From: Psychromonas sp.
GTDB taxonomy: Bacteria; Pseudomonadota; Gammaproteobacteria; Enterobacterales; Psychromonadaceae
DNA: 64,000 nt
Direction of reading: 5' to 3'
Assembly (NCBI GenBank): GCA_013619145.1
Contig: JABXKR010000309.1
Coordinates: forward strand, 2,744-66,743
Part shown: in pieces, positions 51,539-63,877 of the stretch
Numbering within the stretch: the stretch's first letter is position 1
How the letters are laid out: each line of letters starts with the position of its first letter
Position numbers and translations under genes: made by a program
Notes under the pieces: generated by a model
What the model saw: only the letters and a program-made list of their open reading frames with translations
Databases searched by the model: none
Told to the model about the DNA's origin: nothing

Positions 51539-53371
51539 TTATTCCACAGTGACACTTTTTGCTAAGTTTCGTGGTTGATCTACATCGGTACCTTTTATCA
51601 AAGCCACATAGTAGCTAAGCAGTTGTAGTGGGATGGTGTAAATAATCGGAGCCAGTAAAGGATCGCATGTTGGCACTTCCAATACTTTCATGGTTTTATC
51701 GCTGTGGAAATTGGCATTTTTATCTGCAAACACATACATCAGCCCACCACGGGCACGCACCTCCTCAACATTGGATTTTAGCTTTTCAACCAATTCGTTA
51801 TCAGGGGCTACCACTATCACAGGCATATCGGCATCGACCAACGCCAGCGGGCCGTGTTTTAGTTCACCAGCAGCATAAGCTTCGGCATGGATATAAGAGA
51901 TCTCTTTAAGTTTAAGTGCTCCCTCCATGGCTATCGGGTATTGATCGCCACGTCCTAAAAACAGGCTGTGGTGTTTGTCGGCAAAATCTTCAGCGAGATC
52001 TTGAATAGCTTTATCCATACCTAACGCTTGCTCTATCTTGGCTGGTAAGCTTTGTAGCGCTGCAACAATTTCAGCTTCCCCTTGCGCGTTTAACGCATTA
52101 TGACGACCAATAGCCGCAACTAACATCATTAAACCGGCAAGCTGTACAGTAAAGGCTTTGGTTGATGCAACGCCAATTTCAGCCCCCGCTTTCATCATAT
52201 AGGCCATATCGGATTCACGCACCAGTGAAGAACCGGGCACATTACAGATGGTAAGACTGGTCATATAGCCACTCTCTTTAGCGAGACGCAAAGCGGCCAG
52301 GGTATCGGCAGTTTCACCGGACTGAGAGATAGTAACCAGTAAGCTGTTAGGCATCACTATCGATTTACGGTAGCGAAATTCCGAGGCTATCTCAACATTA
52401 CAAGAGACCCCCGCTAGTGATTCAAACCAGTAACGCGCAGTCATCGCAGAGTGATAGCTGGTACCACAAGCGATAATCTGCACATGTTTAACATCTTTTA
52501 GAAGTTGTGCCGCGCCTTCACCAAAGGCATTATCTTCAACTTTACCATGGGCAATGCGACCTTCAATGGTACGCTGCAGTGCTACAGGTTGCTCATATAT
52601 CTCTTTAAGCATGTAATGTTTATATTGGCCTTTATCACCCGCATCATGACTGACTTCGGACTCGCTAACTTCTCGCTCAACGCTATTGCCATCGATATCA
52701 TAGATATTGACAGCTTTGCGGGTAATTTCGGCTACATCACCCTCTTCTAAAAAGGCAAAACGGCGGGTTACCGGCAGTAGCGCCAGCTGATCCGAGGCTA
52801 CAAAATGCTCACCAAGTCCATAGCCTATTACTAGCGGGCTACCTGAGCGGGCAACGATCATACGCTGCGGATCGCGTTTATCAATAACTACCGTACCGTA
52901 CGCCCCTTCCAGCTGTTTAACTGTTTTTTGTACCGCTTTAAGTAACGATATTTCTGTTTTCAGGTGCAGATGTACCAGATGAGTAATGACTTCGGTATCT
53001 GTATCTGAGCTGAATTGGTAACCTTGTGCCTGCAGCTGGGTGCGCAATTCTGCATGGTTTTCGATAATGCCATTATGCACAACGGCAATGGTGTCATTAG
53101 AAATATGCGGATGAGCATTGGCTTCATTGGGTTCACCATGCGTTGCCCATCGGGTATGCGCTATACCAGTTCCACCTGAAACAGGCTGCTCGGCAACGGC
53201 ATTTGCCAGTGATTTCACTTTACCGACTCGGCGAAGACTCTGTAGTTCACCTGATTCGGAGATGACCGCCAGACCTGCTGAATCATAACCACGATATTCC
53301 AGACGCTGTAACCCTTCCAGTAAAATTTCAGCTACATCTCTTTGCGCTACTGCGCCAACGATTCCACACAT
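51539..53371 (-). CDS. glmS: Glutamine--fructose-6-phosphate aminotransferase
   Basis: [35 protein letters not shown]. Confidence 0.99.
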   Translation of the reverse strand: MCGIVGAVAQRDVAEILLEGLQRLEYRGYDSAGLAVISESGELQSLRRVGKVKSLANAVAEQPVSGGTGIAHTRWATHGEPNEANAHPHISNDTIAVVHNGIIENHAELRTQLQAQGYQFSSDTDTEVITHLVHLHLKTEISLLKAVQKTVKQLEGAYGTVVIDKRDPQRMIVARSGSPLVIGYGLGEHFVASDQLALLPVTRRFAFLEEGDVAEITRKAVNIYDIDGNSVEREVSESEVSHDAGDKGQYKHYMLKEIYEQPVALQRTIEGRIAHGKVEDNAFGEGAAQLLKDVKHVQIIACGTSYHSAMTARYWFESLAGVSCNVEIASEFRYRKSIVMPNSLLVTISQSGETADTLAALRLAKESGYMTSLTICNVPGSSLVRESDMAYMMKAGAEIGVASTKAFTVQLAGLMMLVAAIGRHNALNAQGEAEIVAALQSLPAKIEQALGMDKAIQDLAEDFADKHHSLFLGRGDQYPIAMEGALKLKEISYIHAEAYAAGELKHGPLALVDADMPVIVVAPDNELVEKLKSNVEEVRARGGLMYVFADKNANFHSDKTMKVLEVPTCDPLLAPIIYTIPLQLLSYYVALIKGTDVDQPRNLAKSVTVE

Positions 53372-53400
53372 ATTATTGCCTATATTATTTAATATAAAGA

Positions 53401-54177
53401 TTAGTTTGAATAAGGTGCCAAGATAACCTGAACACCCTGTTTAGTTATTTTCTCTGCATCCTCTGCAGGTAATTTATCATCGCTTATCAACACCGAAATT
53501 TGCTGCCAGGGCAATTCTAAATTGGGAATTCGTCGCCCGAATTTATCAGAATCAACCATCACAATAACCTCACGCGAAACCTCCGCCATGACTTTACTTA
53601 AACCGGTAAGCTCGTTAAACGTGGTCGAGCCGCGTTCAAGATCAATACCATCAGCCCCGATAAACAGCTGGTCAAAGTCATAAGATCGTAAAACCTGCTC
53701 TGCAACTTGTCCTTGAAAAGACTCTGAATGAGGATCCCAGGTACCGCCGGTCATCAGCAATGTCGGTTCGTTTTCTAATTCATGGATTGCATTGGCGAGC
53801 TGTAGTGAATTGGTCATAACTAATAAACCACGTTTATCATTAAGCTCCTGAATCAGCCCCGATGTGGTACTGCCACTATCAATAATAATGCGATTATGAT
53901 CGCGAATCAGTTTGGCAGCAGCTTGGGCAATATTTTGTTTATTGTGCGAGATGTTTTCAGCAGTCGTTTGTATTAGCTCTTGCGGTACACAAACAGCACC
54001 ACCATAACGGCGTAATAACAGGCCATTTTTTTCTAACGCAGTTAAATCTTTACGGATCGTCACTTCTGAGGTTGCAAAACGACTTGCTAATTGGTCCACG
54101 CTCACTTCACCCTGCTCATTTAATAAACTAAGAATAGTGTGACGACGTTGTTGACTGTTTCGTTTCTGCATTAACAT
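53401..54177 (-). CDS. DeoR/GlpR family regulator upstream of glmS
   Basis: [29 protein letters not shown]; start likely 54177 or 54171. Confidence 0.93.
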   Translation of the reverse strand: MLMQKRNSQQRRHTILSLLNEQGEVSVDQLASRFATSEVTIRKDLTALEKNGLLLRRYGGAVCVPQELIQTTAENISHNKQNIAQAAAKLIRDHNRIIIDSGSTTSGLIQELNDKRGLLVMTNSLQLANAIHELENEPTLLMTGGTWDPHSESFQGQVAEQVLRSYDFDQLFIGADGIDLERGSTTFNELTGLSKVMAEVSREVIVMVDSDKFGRRIPNLELPWQQISVLISDDKLPAEDAEKITKQGVQVILAPYSN

Positions 54178-54219
54178 TTCGCTTTTGTTTCGATTGAAAC
54201 TTATAGTAACAAAGCGAAA
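54177..54219. promoter_or_regulatory. Putative DeoR-family operator
   Basis: TTTCGCTTT / AAAGCGAAA inverted repeat with internal GTTTC-GATT-GAAAC. Confidence 0.4.
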
Positions 54220-54749
54220 TAAAAACACAACCTTTGTTGACATTTTCCGATAAAAACATCTACTTTTCATCATGAAATTAGATATATGCCATTACTGGAG
54301 GTTCGAATAGTCGTATTAGCTATCGTCGAGAAGCTCAGCAATATCATTGCTTTTTACGCGAACGCTGGGAATGATAGCTTTTGATGCAAAAAGATATATT
54401 ACTTGTGCACCAATAGTTGGAATTAAACATTCACTTATTGCATGTAACTGTTTAAAGTTAGACAGGGTAGTGGTTTTCTCTGTTTATATCATTTGGAATA
54501 GTCGATGTTACATTTTAGTCAGTTATTATTATTGCTTTGGAAGTTGTCCACTATCTATACCATCCCAATTATCATACTGTTATATATCACACTGATGAAT
54601 TCATATTCTGGCGATTTTACTTTTCAGCAATTAGACCAAGGAAAAAACATACATAAATGGGGGGTTTTAGCTATTTACCTAAGCTATTTACTACTTTGGA
54701 ATCGCTGCAATAAAACCGTTGTTTCTTACTTAAAAAAATTAGAGTACTA

Positions 54750-56111
54750 ATGTTTTCTCTTACAAATGAAACGCTTTTATTGAGCTCTCTAGTGCCCTTT
54801 TTTGCAATTATTACTCTCTCGCTTTACTGCTATTTTAGTCTGAAAAAATCAAATAATGAGCTCAATTTAAAACTCAAATTAAGCGAACAGGAACTGCATT
54901 TTCAAACAGGGCTTAATCAGGAAAAAAATGAGCAACTGCAGGAAAAACAACTTTTTATCGATTCATTACAACTGCAAACCAGCAAACTGACAATACGGTT
55001 ACGAGAATCGGAAGTGCGCTTGCTGGCCGGTGAACAGCGCCTGCGCGATCAACAGCTTAGTGAAGAGAAGCTAAGTGACCAGTTTGAATTACTGTCACAA
55101 CGTATTTTCAACGATAAATCCGCACAGTTTAAAGCGCTCAATCAAGACAGTCTTAACCAGCTTCTAAATCCATTAAAAATGCAGTTAGAAGGATTTAAAC
55201 GACAGGTAAGCGATTGTTATCTTAATGAAAGCAAGGAACGTTACAACTTACAAAATGAAGTGGCTAAACTGGCAAAGCTCAATGAGTTAATGCAACAGGA
55301 GACCAGTAACCTCACCAACGCATTAAAGGGTGACAATAAACAACAAGGCAATTGGGGTGAGGTGGTTTTACAGCGCATTTTAGAATCATCCGGCCTGCGT
55401 GAAGGACATGAATACCAAACACAAATAAGTTTTAAAAATGAAAATGGACAACGCCTGCAACCCGATGTAATTGTTAATTTACCGCAAAACAAAAATATTA
55501 TTATCGATTCAAAAGTGTCATTAGTGGCTTACGAACGTTTTTTTAATGCCGACGATTCGCAAGCTCAAAAAGAAGCGTTACAAGCGCATATCCTCTCTGT
55601 TCGTCAGCATATTAAAGGCTTGGGTAAAAAAGATTATCAGAAGTTAATTGGCACAAACAGCCTTGATTATGTACTGTTATTTGTTGCCGTTGAGCCCGCA
55701 TTTATTACCGCTGTTGAACATGATCCTGAGCTTGTTAAGTTGGCGCTGGATAATAATATCCTGCTTGCCAGCCCGACCAATCTAATGATTGCACTGCGCA
55801 CCATTGAAAACTTATGGCGCTTTGAACAGCAGGAGCACAATGGACGTTTAATTGCCAATCAGGCGGGTAAGTTATACGACAAGCTGCGTCTGTTTAGCCA
55901 GAATATGCTCGATCTGGGCTCACAATTGGGTAAAGCACAAAGCACTTATGACCATGCACTAAAACAGTTAAGCCAGGGACGAGGTAATATTATCCAACAG
56001 GCGGAAAGCTTAAAAGGGATGGGTATACCGATCAAACAGCCGTTACCCGATACCCTGGTTGAGCGCTCAAATCTGCTAGCGGAAACTAGCGACGCCAAAA
56101 ATGACGAGTAA
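54750..56111 (+). CDS. rmuC: DNA recombination protein RmuC
   Basis: KQQGNWGEVVL, QPDVIV, IDSKVSL, ASPTNL. Confidence 0.95.
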   Translation: MFSLTNETLLLSSLVPFFAIITLSLYCYFSLKKSNNELNLKLKLSEQELHFQTGLNQEKNEQLQEKQLFIDSLQLQTSKLTIRLRESEVRLLAGEQRLRDQQLSEEKLSDQFELLSQRIFNDKSAQFKALNQDSLNQLLNPLKMQLEGFKRQVSDCYLNESKERYNLQNEVAKLAKLNELMQQETSNLTNALKGDNKQQGNWGEVVLQRILESSGLREGHEYQTQISFKNENGQRLQPDVIVNLPQNKNIIIDSKVSLVAYERFFNADDSQAQKEALQAHILSVRQHIKGLGKKDYQKLIGTNSLDYVLLFVAVEPAFITAVEHDPELVKLALDNNILLASPTNLMIALRTIENLWRFEQQEHNGRLIANQAGKLYDKLRLFSQNMLDLGSQLGKAQSTYDHALKQLSQGRGNIIQQAESLKGMGIPIKQPLPDTLVERSNLLAETSDAKNDE

Positions 56112-57531
56112 ACATCACAACAACTGTAAGTATTTCCAAGCGCCCCATCAACATACAGATAGATAACACCCATTTTGAAATATCGGGAAAATGTGCAAAA
56201 TTACCCGATGGGCCAATCGAAGGCGCAAGCCCGGGTCCAACGTTAGAAACAGCGGTTATCGCTGCGCTAAGTGCAACCATAGCTGTTGAGCCAAATAAAG
56301 TTAACAGCAGGGTGGCAACAATAATAGTAGCCAGATATGCCAAAACAAAGGCGATCAGAGATCGTAAAATATCATCACTGACGGTGCGGTTATTATATTT
56401 TTGCGGGAAGATGCCATGCGGGTGCATCAGTAACATAAGCTGACGTCTTAACAGGCTCAAGGCAATTTGAAAGCGGAATATTTTAATCCCACCCGCTGTC
56501 GAGCCTGAACAAGCGCCAAAAAAGAACAGGCCGAAGAAGACCATCACACTGAAATCACCCCAAGTGATAAAATCATCCAAACCAAATCCAGTTGTTGTCA
56601 CCACCGAAATAACATTAAACAGGCTTAACCTTACTGCATCAGATAATGAAAACTGCCCGCTTAATGTTAAATAAGCAGTTAAACCGATTGCACAAAACAA
56701 CACTAATTTAATAAACCCTAAGACCTGAGCATCATTAAGCAGGTATAAAATATTACGGTGACTGAATGCGCGAATAAAGAGCAAAAATGGCAAGCCACCG
56801 AGAAACATAAAGATAATGGCATTCCAGTGAGCGCTGTGTGAAAAGTTACCCATCGAGCTATCTGATGTTGAATAACCGCCCGTTGAGATAGTGGTCATAG
56901 CATGGTTTAACGCATCAAAGCCTCCCATTCCTGAAAAGCGATAACCAATAAAACAGCAGGTCGTTAAAATAAGATAAACCAGCAGGATATCAATTGCCAC
57001 ACGACGTGTTTTGGACTCCGCTTTATCAGACCAATCGGAAGATTCAGTTTGGAAGAGACGCATACCACCGACATTTAAAAATGGTAAAATGGCCACGCCC
57101 ATTACGATAAACCCCACCCCTCCTAGCCACTGCAAAATAGAGCGCCATAATAAAATACTCGGGTGCATGCTATCTAAACCATGTAAAACCGTACTACCGG
57201 TAGTAGTAATGCCCGACATGGTTTCAAAAAAGGCATCGCTGTAACTGATATGTTCAATTAACACAAAGGGTAAAGCGGCAAACAAACTGGCTAAGACCCA
57301 AACGCCTGTGGTTAATAAAAACATCTCACGCACACCCAAGCGGGAGCGGTTTTCTTCACCGCCTAAAAGCAGAAAAAAGAAAGAGGCCAAGTGAGTAATT
57401 ACGATCGCCGATAAAAACTCAACACCGCCTAAGCTATCATTATAAAATGCCAAGGCCATCGGAAAATACATAAATACTGCCATTTTTGACAGCACCAAAC
57501 CTGTAATAAAAAAGAGCGGGCGATATACCAT
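56086..57531 (-). CDS. trkH: Trk potassium uptake membrane protein
   Basis: FFETMSGITTTGS, STGGYS, GACSGSTAGGIK, GRLEI. Confidence 0.96.
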   Translation of the reverse strand: MVYRPLFFITGLVLSKMAVFMYFPMALAFYNDSLGGVEFLSAIVITHLASFFFLLLGGEENRSRLGVREMFLLTTGVWVLASLFAALPFVLIEHISYSDAFFETMSGITTTGSTVLHGLDSMHPSILLWRSILQWLGGVGFIVMGVAILPFLNVGGMRLFQTESSDWSDKAESKTRRVAIDILLVYLILTTCCFIGYRFSGMGGFDALNHAMTTISTGGYSTSDSSMGNFSHSAHWNAIIFMFLGGLPFLLFIRAFSHRNILYLLNDAQVLGFIKLVLFCAIGLTAYLTLSGQFSLSDAVRLSLFNVISVVTTTGFGLDDFITWGDFSVMVFFGLFFFGACSGSTAGGIKIFRFQIALSLLRRQLMLLMHPHGIFPQKYNNRTVSDDILRSLIAFVLAYLATIIVATLLLTLFGSTAMVALSAAITAVSNVGPGLAPSIGPSGNFAHFPDISKWVLSICMLMGRLEILTVVVMFTRHFWRR

Positions 57532-57546
57532 AGGAGCAAATCTGCG

Positions 57547-58923
57547 TTATAAAAAGAATGGGCTGGGTTGAAATAGTTTTTCGATATCGCTGATATATTT
57601 TTTATTCACCAGGAATAAAATAACGTGATCGTCTGTTTCAACCACAGTATTATCATGTGCGATTAATACCTGGTTATTGCGAACAATTGCGCCAATGCTG
57701 GTACCGCGTGGCAATTTAAGCTGACACAGCTCTTTACCAACCACTTTAGAGGTCATGCTATCACCTCGCGCGACGATTTCTATCGCTTCAGCAACACCTT
57801 CTCGTAATGAGTAAACATGTTTTAAATCAGCTTTACGCACATGCGTTAATAACGCTGAAATGGTTGCCTGCTGTGGCGAGATAGCAATATCTAAAATATT
57901 GCCCTGCACAAGATCAACATAGGCATTACGCTGGATTAATACCATCGCCTTACGTGCGCCCATCCGTTTTGCTAACATCGCGGACATAATATTTGCTTCG
58001 TCATCATTGGTAACGGTAATAAACAGATCAATTTGATCAATATGCTCTTCTGCAAGCAACTCCTGATCCGATGAATCACCACAAAACACTATGGTATTAG
58101 ATAGGTTTTCAGACAGGTACTCTGCGCGTTTTAAATTCTTTTCGATAAGTTTAACGGAGTTTTCTTTCTCAAGACGTTTCGCTAAACTTTCACCGATATA
58201 GCCACCGCCAACAATCATAATGCGCTTATATGGCTGCTCAAGTTTTTGCATCTCACTCATTATTGCGCGGATATGCTGCCTGGCAGTAATAAAAAACACC
58301 TCATCATCCGCTTCGATAATCGTAGTGCCTTGTGGTCTTATCGCTTTGCCTCTTCTGAAAATAGCAGCAACCCGAGCGTCGATATTTGGCATATGCTCTT
58401 TTAATGTCGAAATCGCATTACCAACCAGTGAACCGCCATAATAAGCTTTAATTGCCACCAGTCCCACTCTACCGCCAGCAAAGTTAGCAACTTGCAATGC
58501 ACCGGGGTGTTCAATTAACTGCATAATATAATCACTGACCAGTTTTTCTGGAGCAATAATATGATCGATCGGAAACGCGTTGCTGTTAAATAGCTCTTTT
58601 TCATGCATAACAACACTTTGCGAACGAATACGGGCTATTTTTTTAGGCACATTAAACAGGGTAAAGGCGATTTGGCAGGCAACCATATTTACTTCATCGG
58701 AGTTAGTGACCGCAATCAGCATATCCGCATCGTCAGCCCCCGCTTCACCTAAGGTTCTGGGACTAGAAGCACTGCCCTGCACAACACGCAGATCAAAACG
58801 GTCCTGCAGCTCTTGTAAGCGCTCACTAGATAAATCAACAACGGTAATATCGTTATTTTCACCAACCAGATTTTCAGCCAGTGATGCGCCTACCTGTCCA
58901 GCACCTAAAATAATAATTTTCAT
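57547..58923 (-). CDS. trkA: Trk potassium uptake NAD-binding subunit
   Basis: [12 protein letters not shown]; second RCK domain IMIVGGG. Confidence 0.98.
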   Translation of the reverse strand: MKIIILGAGQVGASLAENLVGENNDITVVDLSSERLQELQDRFDLRVVQGSASSPRTLGEAGADDADMLIAVTNSDEVNMVACQIAFTLFNVPKKIARIRSQSVVMHEKELFNSNAFPIDHIIAPEKLVSDYIMQLIEHPGALQVANFAGGRVGLVAIKAYYGGSLVGNAISTLKEHMPNIDARVAAIFRRGKAIRPQGTTIIEADDEVFFITARQHIRAIMSEMQKLEQPYKRIMIVGGGYIGESLAKRLEKENSVKLIEKNLKRAEYLSENLSNTIVFCGDSSDQELLAEEHIDQIDLFITVTNDDEANIMSAMLAKRMGARKAMVLIQRNAYVDLVQGNILDIAISPQQATISALLTHVRKADLKHVYSLREGVAEAIEIVARGDSMTSKVVGKELCQLKLPRGTSIGAIVRNNQVLIAHDNTVVETDDHVILFLVNKKYISDIEKLFQPSPFFL

Positions 58924-59027
58924 GCGACTTCATTATCCATCTGTGATTTTATCGTAAAATTTAAACGCGGTTTATAGCTATTGCATTAAAGAAATAGCTA
59001 TTCAGAGCCTATGCCGAGTGCAATTTA

Positions 59028-60332
59028 TTATAACGACTTTTGCAGCTTCGCATAATAAAAGCCGTCCATTCCTGCTTCATTGGGCAATAACTGACGCCCT
59101 TTCTCTTGACTATTATATTGAGCTGAAAGCGGAATTAATGAGGCATCGCTTCTGTTTTGCAAAAAGCTTTTGATTTGTAAGTCATTTTCATCCGGCAAAA
59201 TAGAGCATGTTGCATAAAGTAAAATTCCACCGGGTTTTAATTTATCCCATAACGCATTTAAGATGCTTTTTTGTAAAGTAACCAGCTCCGCGATATCACT
59301 GTCACGGCGTAACCAGCGAATATCTGGGTGACGGCGAATAACCCCAGTGGCGCTACACGGAGCATCACAAAGAATTCTGTCAAATAACTCGCCACTCCAC
59401 CAGCTATCTGGTTTAGAAGCATCACCATGAATTACCGTTGCAGATAGCTGGAGACGATCTAAATTCTCCTGCACTCGGAGCAGACGCTTTTGATCGGCAT
59501 CAACAGCAACCATCTGTTTGATTTCCGGCTGTAACTCTAAAGTATGTACCGTTTTTCCGCCAGGCGCAGAACATGCGTCTAAAATCAACTCACCAGGTTG
59601 TGCATCTAAATAATGAGCGGCTAATTGAGCAGCGCCATCCTGCACAGAAACCCAACCCTGCTCAAAACCAGGAAGTTTATAAACATCTGTGGCTTTTTCT
59701 AAACGTAAGGCGTTATTATTTTCTGCATCTTGTGCACTGAAGCTGTTTAATTCAGCTTCATTTAATAAAGCCTGATACTCGTCACGACTATGATGAAGGA
59801 CATTAACCCGCAACCACATAGGTGCCTGCTGATTATTTTCATCCATAATTTTAGCTGCAAGATCAGAACCATAAGCTGCCTGCAAGCGTTTAACTAACCA
59901 GCCCGGGTGACAATAAACCAGTGTATCTTGTTTATCGGCTTTTTCGATTAAATCTGCCTGCTCACGTAAAAAACTACGTAAAACGCCATTTACCATCCCT
60001 TTTAGGGCGGGTTTTTTAAGTGCTTTAGCACCATTAACCGTTTCCCCTACAGCCGCATGGCTAGGAATACGGGTGTAAAGAAGCTGATAAAAACCCACTA
60101 AAATCAGGAAGTGCATTGCACGTTGTTTTCCTTTTAATGGCTTTTTCATCAATGAACGGCAGAAAAAATCCAAACGAGGTAATGTACGCAAAACCCCGTA
60201 ACAAAAAACTTGTAATAATGCTTTATCTTTCGCAGAGAGATCCTGCTGAGCGGCTGGGAGTGCCTGTGATAATGATTGCCCCTGCTCAACGACCTGATTT
60301 AATACTTTGGCGGCTAATGCTCTAACATTCAT
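59028..60332 (-). CDS. rsmB: 16S rRNA m5C967 methyltransferase
   Basis: VSVQD, DACSAPGGKT, DAPCSATG, YATCS. Confidence 0.97.
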   Translation of the reverse strand: MNVRALAAKVLNQVVEQGQSLSQALPAAQQDLSAKDKALLQVFCYGVLRTLPRLDFFCRSLMKKPLKGKQRAMHFLILVGFYQLLYTRIPSHAAVGETVNGAKALKKPALKGMVNGVLRSFLREQADLIEKADKQDTLVYCHPGWLVKRLQAAYGSDLAAKIMDENNQQAPMWLRVNVLHHSRDEYQALLNEAELNSFSAQDAENNNALRLEKATDVYKLPGFEQGWVSVQDGAAQLAAHYLDAQPGELILDACSAPGGKTVHTLELQPEIKQMVAVDADQKRLLRVQENLDRLQLSATVIHGDASKPDSWWSGELFDRILCDAPCSATGVIRRHPDIRWLRRDSDIAELVTLQKSILNALWDKLKPGGILLYATCSILPDENDLQIKSFLQNRSDASLIPLSAQYNSQEKGRQLLPNEAGMDGFYYAKLQKSL

Positions 60333-60337
60333 CTAAA

Positions 60338-61291
60338 TTAACCTTGTTGTTGTAAGTTAGTACCCAACGCAAACAGTTCACGGCGAGAGTTTAAAATATC
60401 TTGTACAGACATCGCTTTTTTACCGGCAAGCTGGATAACATCAAGGTTCAATACCCCTTTACCCGTTACAACTTGAATCCCTTTTTTATCGGCACTGATA
60501 ATAGTGCCAACCTCTTCTTCGCTAGTGATAGCAAGTAAACTTGCTTGATGCACTTTTACCGCTTTGCCTGACAGCATAAAATAACTCATCGGCCATGGAT
60601 TAAAGGCGCGAATACAACGTTCGATAAACGCCCCCTCGCTTGACCAATCAATTAATGCTTCAGCTTTGCTGAGCTTTTTGGCGTAATTAGCTAAACCTTC
60701 ATCTTGAACTTCAGCCTTTAATTCACCTTTAACTAATTGCTTAATCGTATCAACTAAGGCCAAAGGTGCCTGTTGTGCGAGTTTTTCATAAAGCGAGGCG
60801 CTGGTTTCATCACTGGCGATAGGGCAGCTCACTTTACTAAGCATGTCACCCGTATCTAAACCTTCATTCATCTGCATTATGGTTACACCAGTGTCGCTAT
60901 CTCCTGCCCAAATAGCGCGTTGAATTGGAGCCGCACCACGCCAGCGGGGTAATAATGAACCGTGCACATTTAAACAGCCCAAACGGGGCGTTTCTAATAC
61001 GACTTTGGGCAAAATCAAGCCATATGCAACAACAATCATAATATCGGCATTTAAAGCGGCAAGCTGCTCAACACTGCCTGCTTCTTTGAAATTCTCAGGC
61101 TGATAAACGGGAATGTTTTGTGCTACAGCAACCTCTTTAACGGCACTTGCTGTTAATTTTTTTCCTCGTCCGGCAGGGCGATCCGGCTGCGTATAAACAG
61201 CAACCACATTAAATTCAGATTCAAGCAGAACAGAGAGGTGTTTGGCTGCAAAATCAGGTGTGCCGGCAAAAACGATATTTAATTTATCCAC
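60338..61291 (-). CDS. fmt: Methionyl-tRNA formyltransferase
   Basis: [25 protein letters not shown]. Confidence 0.98.
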   Translation of the reverse strand: MDKLNIVFAGTPDFAAKHLSVLLESEFNVVAVYTQPDRPAGRGKKLTASAVKEVAVAQNIPVYQPENFKEAGSVEQLAALNADIMIVVAYGLILPKVVLETPRLGCLNVHGSLLPRWRGAAPIQRAIWAGDSDTGVTIMQMNEGLDTGDMLSKVSCPIASDETSASLYEKLAQQAPLALVDTIKQLVKGELKAEVQDEGLANYAKKLSKAEALIDWSSEGAFIERCIRAFNPWPMSYFMLSGKAVKVHQASLLAITSEEEVGTIISADKKGIQVVTGKGVLNLDVIQLAGKKAMSVQDILNSRRELFALGTNLQQQG

Positions 61292-61324
61292 AAGTAGCCT
61301 TAGTTATAGATGGAGGTTTAAAAA

Positions 61325-61837
61325 TTATGCAAATTTTTCATTGTGACGTTGTAGTTTTTCAAGTCTAGTTTTGATCCGTTTTTGCTTAAATGGCGAGAGG
61401 TAATCAATAAACAACTTGCCTTTAAGATGATCAAGTTCATGCTGAATACAAACCGCAAGCAAAGCATCGGTTTCTATTACATGTGTATTACCTTCAAGAT
61501 CTAAGTACTGCAGTGTCACAAATTCTGCACGTTTAACATCTGCATTGGTATCAGGAACAGAAAGACAACCTTCTTCAGACACCTCTTCTCCAGATTGTTC
61601 TATAATCAGTGGATTAATAAGTACCATTGGCTGATCTCGACTTTCAGAAGTATCAATAACAGCAATGCGTTGATGAATATTAACTTGAGTTGCAGCAAGA
61701 CCTACACCGTTTTCCTGGTACATAGTTTCAAGCATGTTTGCAGCTACCTCTTTGATCTCTGGTGTGATCTCAACAACAGCTTTAGCAACCGTTCTTAGTC
61801 GTTGGTCTGGAAAATGTAATACTTCGAGTAAAGCCAT
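61325..61837 (-). CDS. def: Peptide deformylase
   Basis: [19 protein letters not shown]. Confidence 0.98.
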   Translation of the reverse strand: MALLEVLHFPDQRLRTVAKAVVEITPEIKEVAANMLETMYQENGVGLAATQVNIHQRIAVIDTSESRDQPMVLINPLIIEQSGEEVSEEGCLSVPDTNADVKRAEFVTLQYLDLEGNTHVIETDALLAVCIQHELDHLKGKLFIDYLSPFKQKRIKTRLEKLQRHNEKFA

Positions 61838-61933
61838 GATATTATCTTGCTCTATAGTTAATGTTAAAGAACACTATTTTAGTCATTTCCTTATGCAAAA
61901 AAAAGTTTTATTACTCACGAGACAGGGATTGTT

Positions 61934-63016
61934 ATGAAATTAAAGCTAATTACCTCTTTCTTACTAGGTGTTGTCCTTTCTATCGCAGCTTTTGCCGATG
62001 TGCTAACCCTAAAAGAAGATCATCCTGAAACTTATACTGTTGTGAAAGGCGATACCCTATGGGATATTTCTGCTCACTTCTTAAATACACCATGGTTATG
62101 GCCACGTTTATGGCAAGCAAACAGCCAAATTGAAAACCCCCACCTTATTTATCCTGGTGATGTTTTAACCCTTATCTGGATTGACGGTGAACCGAAAATA
62201 ACGCGTAAGCAATTGAAAAAATTATCGCCGACTCCGCGTTTAGCAGAAAAAAGAGAGCCAATCCCGACGATTCCGCTAGCGGCCATCTCTGCATTTTTAT
62301 CCAAAGACCATGTAATTAATCCCGAGTTATTAGCGCAGGCCCCGCGCTTATTAGGCGATGCTATCGCTACGCCTCGTTTTTTTGAGGGTGACGTATTCTA
62401 TGGTCAGGGCAAATATGATAAAAATAAACTGTATGGTGTTTACCGTTTAGGTGATAAATACTTCGATCCTGAGACAGATGAATTTTTAGGTACTGAGCTC
62501 ACCTTTATCGGGCATTCTGAAGTATCTAAAAACCCCAATGTAAGCGGCACTGACAAAGTTACACCGCATGACTTCTTAAAAAGCTCCAGAGAAGCCCGTC
62601 AGGGAGATCTTATTTTACCAATTCCTGAACACGAAAGTTTCCCTGCATTCTTTCTACCACAGCCCGTTCCTGCATCGACGAGCGGACAAATCCTTGCGGC
62701 ACTTAATAATGCCGTTGCCATTGGTAAGTGGGATATTGTTGTAATCAATAAGGGTAAACGGGAAAAGATCCAAATTGGTTCTATGTTCTCTATTTTACAA
62801 TCCGGCCCAGGTGTTCTAATAAGCGATGATAAAATCGCCTATCAGGAAGATGCAAATAAATTTGAGCAACTTGGCGATCCCGATTTAATTATCCCGGCAG
62901 AACGTGTTGGCGAACTTATGGTATTTAAAGTGTACGAAAAAGTGAGTATTGCAATAGTTATGCGCAGCACGGATATCATGGGCGCACGCTATAAAATACA
63001 AGGTCTAGAGTTTTAA
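61934..63016 (+). CDS. LysM peptidoglycan-binding protein
   Basis: Signal peptide; YTVVKGDTLWDIS..NPHLIYPGD; def-lysM-dprA context. Confidence 0.92.
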   Translation: MKLKLITSFLLGVVLSIAAFADVLTLKEDHPETYTVVKGDTLWDISAHFLNTPWLWPRLWQANSQIENPHLIYPGDVLTLIWIDGEPKITRKQLKKLSPTPRLAEKREPIPTIPLAAISAFLSKDHVINPELLAQAPRLLGDAIATPRFFEGDVFYGQGKYDKNKLYGVYRLGDKYFDPETDEFLGTELTFIGHSEVSKNPNVSGTDKVTPHDFLKSSREARQGDLILPIPEHESFPAFFLPQPVPASTSGQILAALNNAVAIGKWDIVVINKGKREKIQIGSMFSILQSGPGVLISDDKIAYQEDANKFEQLGDPDLIIPAERVGELMVFKVYEKVSIAIVMRSTDIMGARYKIQGLEF

Positions 63017-63088
63017 TATAAGCAAGTCACTTGAAATGCGTTTTATTGCATTTTCAAGTGACCAAAACCTTTTTAAAGGACAATTAAA

Positions 63089-63877
63089 ATCGAGCTGTTT
63101 AATCAAGCAAGTAATGAATTAAATAATGAAGACCATATCAGACGTTGGGTAGCACTGGACGCTATCCCAACACTGCAAAAACGCACCGTTTTCAAACTAC
63201 TTTCCCGACACTCCATAGAGCAGCTTTTTCAACTATCAACACAGCAACTACAGCTATACAGGCTAACAGAGCAGCAAATTTGCGCATTACAAAATCCAGA
63301 TAACAGCCTAATAGACAGTAGCTTAAACTGGTTAGCAAGTAGCTCAGATAAACATATTATCTGTTTTGACAGTCCCCATTATCCCAACCAATTAAAAGAG
63401 ATAACTACCCCGCCATTACTACTTTATGCGCAGGGTGATATCTCCCTTTTATCACAACCACAAATTGCTTTAGTTGGTAGCCGTAAGTGCACACCTTACG
63501 GGCAAGAAAAGGCCTATCAGTTTGCAGGATTATTAAGTGATGCAGGTTTTACTATTACCAGTGGTTTAGCACTTGGCATTGACGGTTTAGCCCATCAAGG
63601 GGCACTTGATAAACAGGGCAAAACAGTTGCCGTTTTAGGCACTGGCCTGGGGAATATTTACCCCAAACGCCACCATAAACTTGCGCAGCAAATTATCGAG
63701 GAGGGTTTATTAATTTCGGAGTTTTGGCCAGACTCCCCCGCATTAGCAAGTAATTTTCCACGGCGTAACAGAATTATTTCAGGGTTAAGTTTAGGTGTAC
63801 TGGTGATTGAGGCATCGAAACGCAGTGGTTCACTGATCACGGCTCGTTATGCAATTGAACAAAATAGAGATGTTTTC
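63089..63877 (+). pseudogene. dprA: DNA-processing protein DprA, non-canonical start and 3' truncation
   Basis: Frame encodes YPNQLKEITTPPLLL, IALVGSR, ITSGLALGIDG, NFPRRNRIISGLS, SGSLITARYAIEQNRDVF, then unrelated sequence; ATC follows the AAGGA RBS where ATG is expected. Confidence 0.85.

Noticed and set aside
54347-54750. Two ORFs of about 80 aa upstream of rmuC
   Set aside because: No RBS or recognisable composition; likely chance frames in AT-rich intergenic DNA
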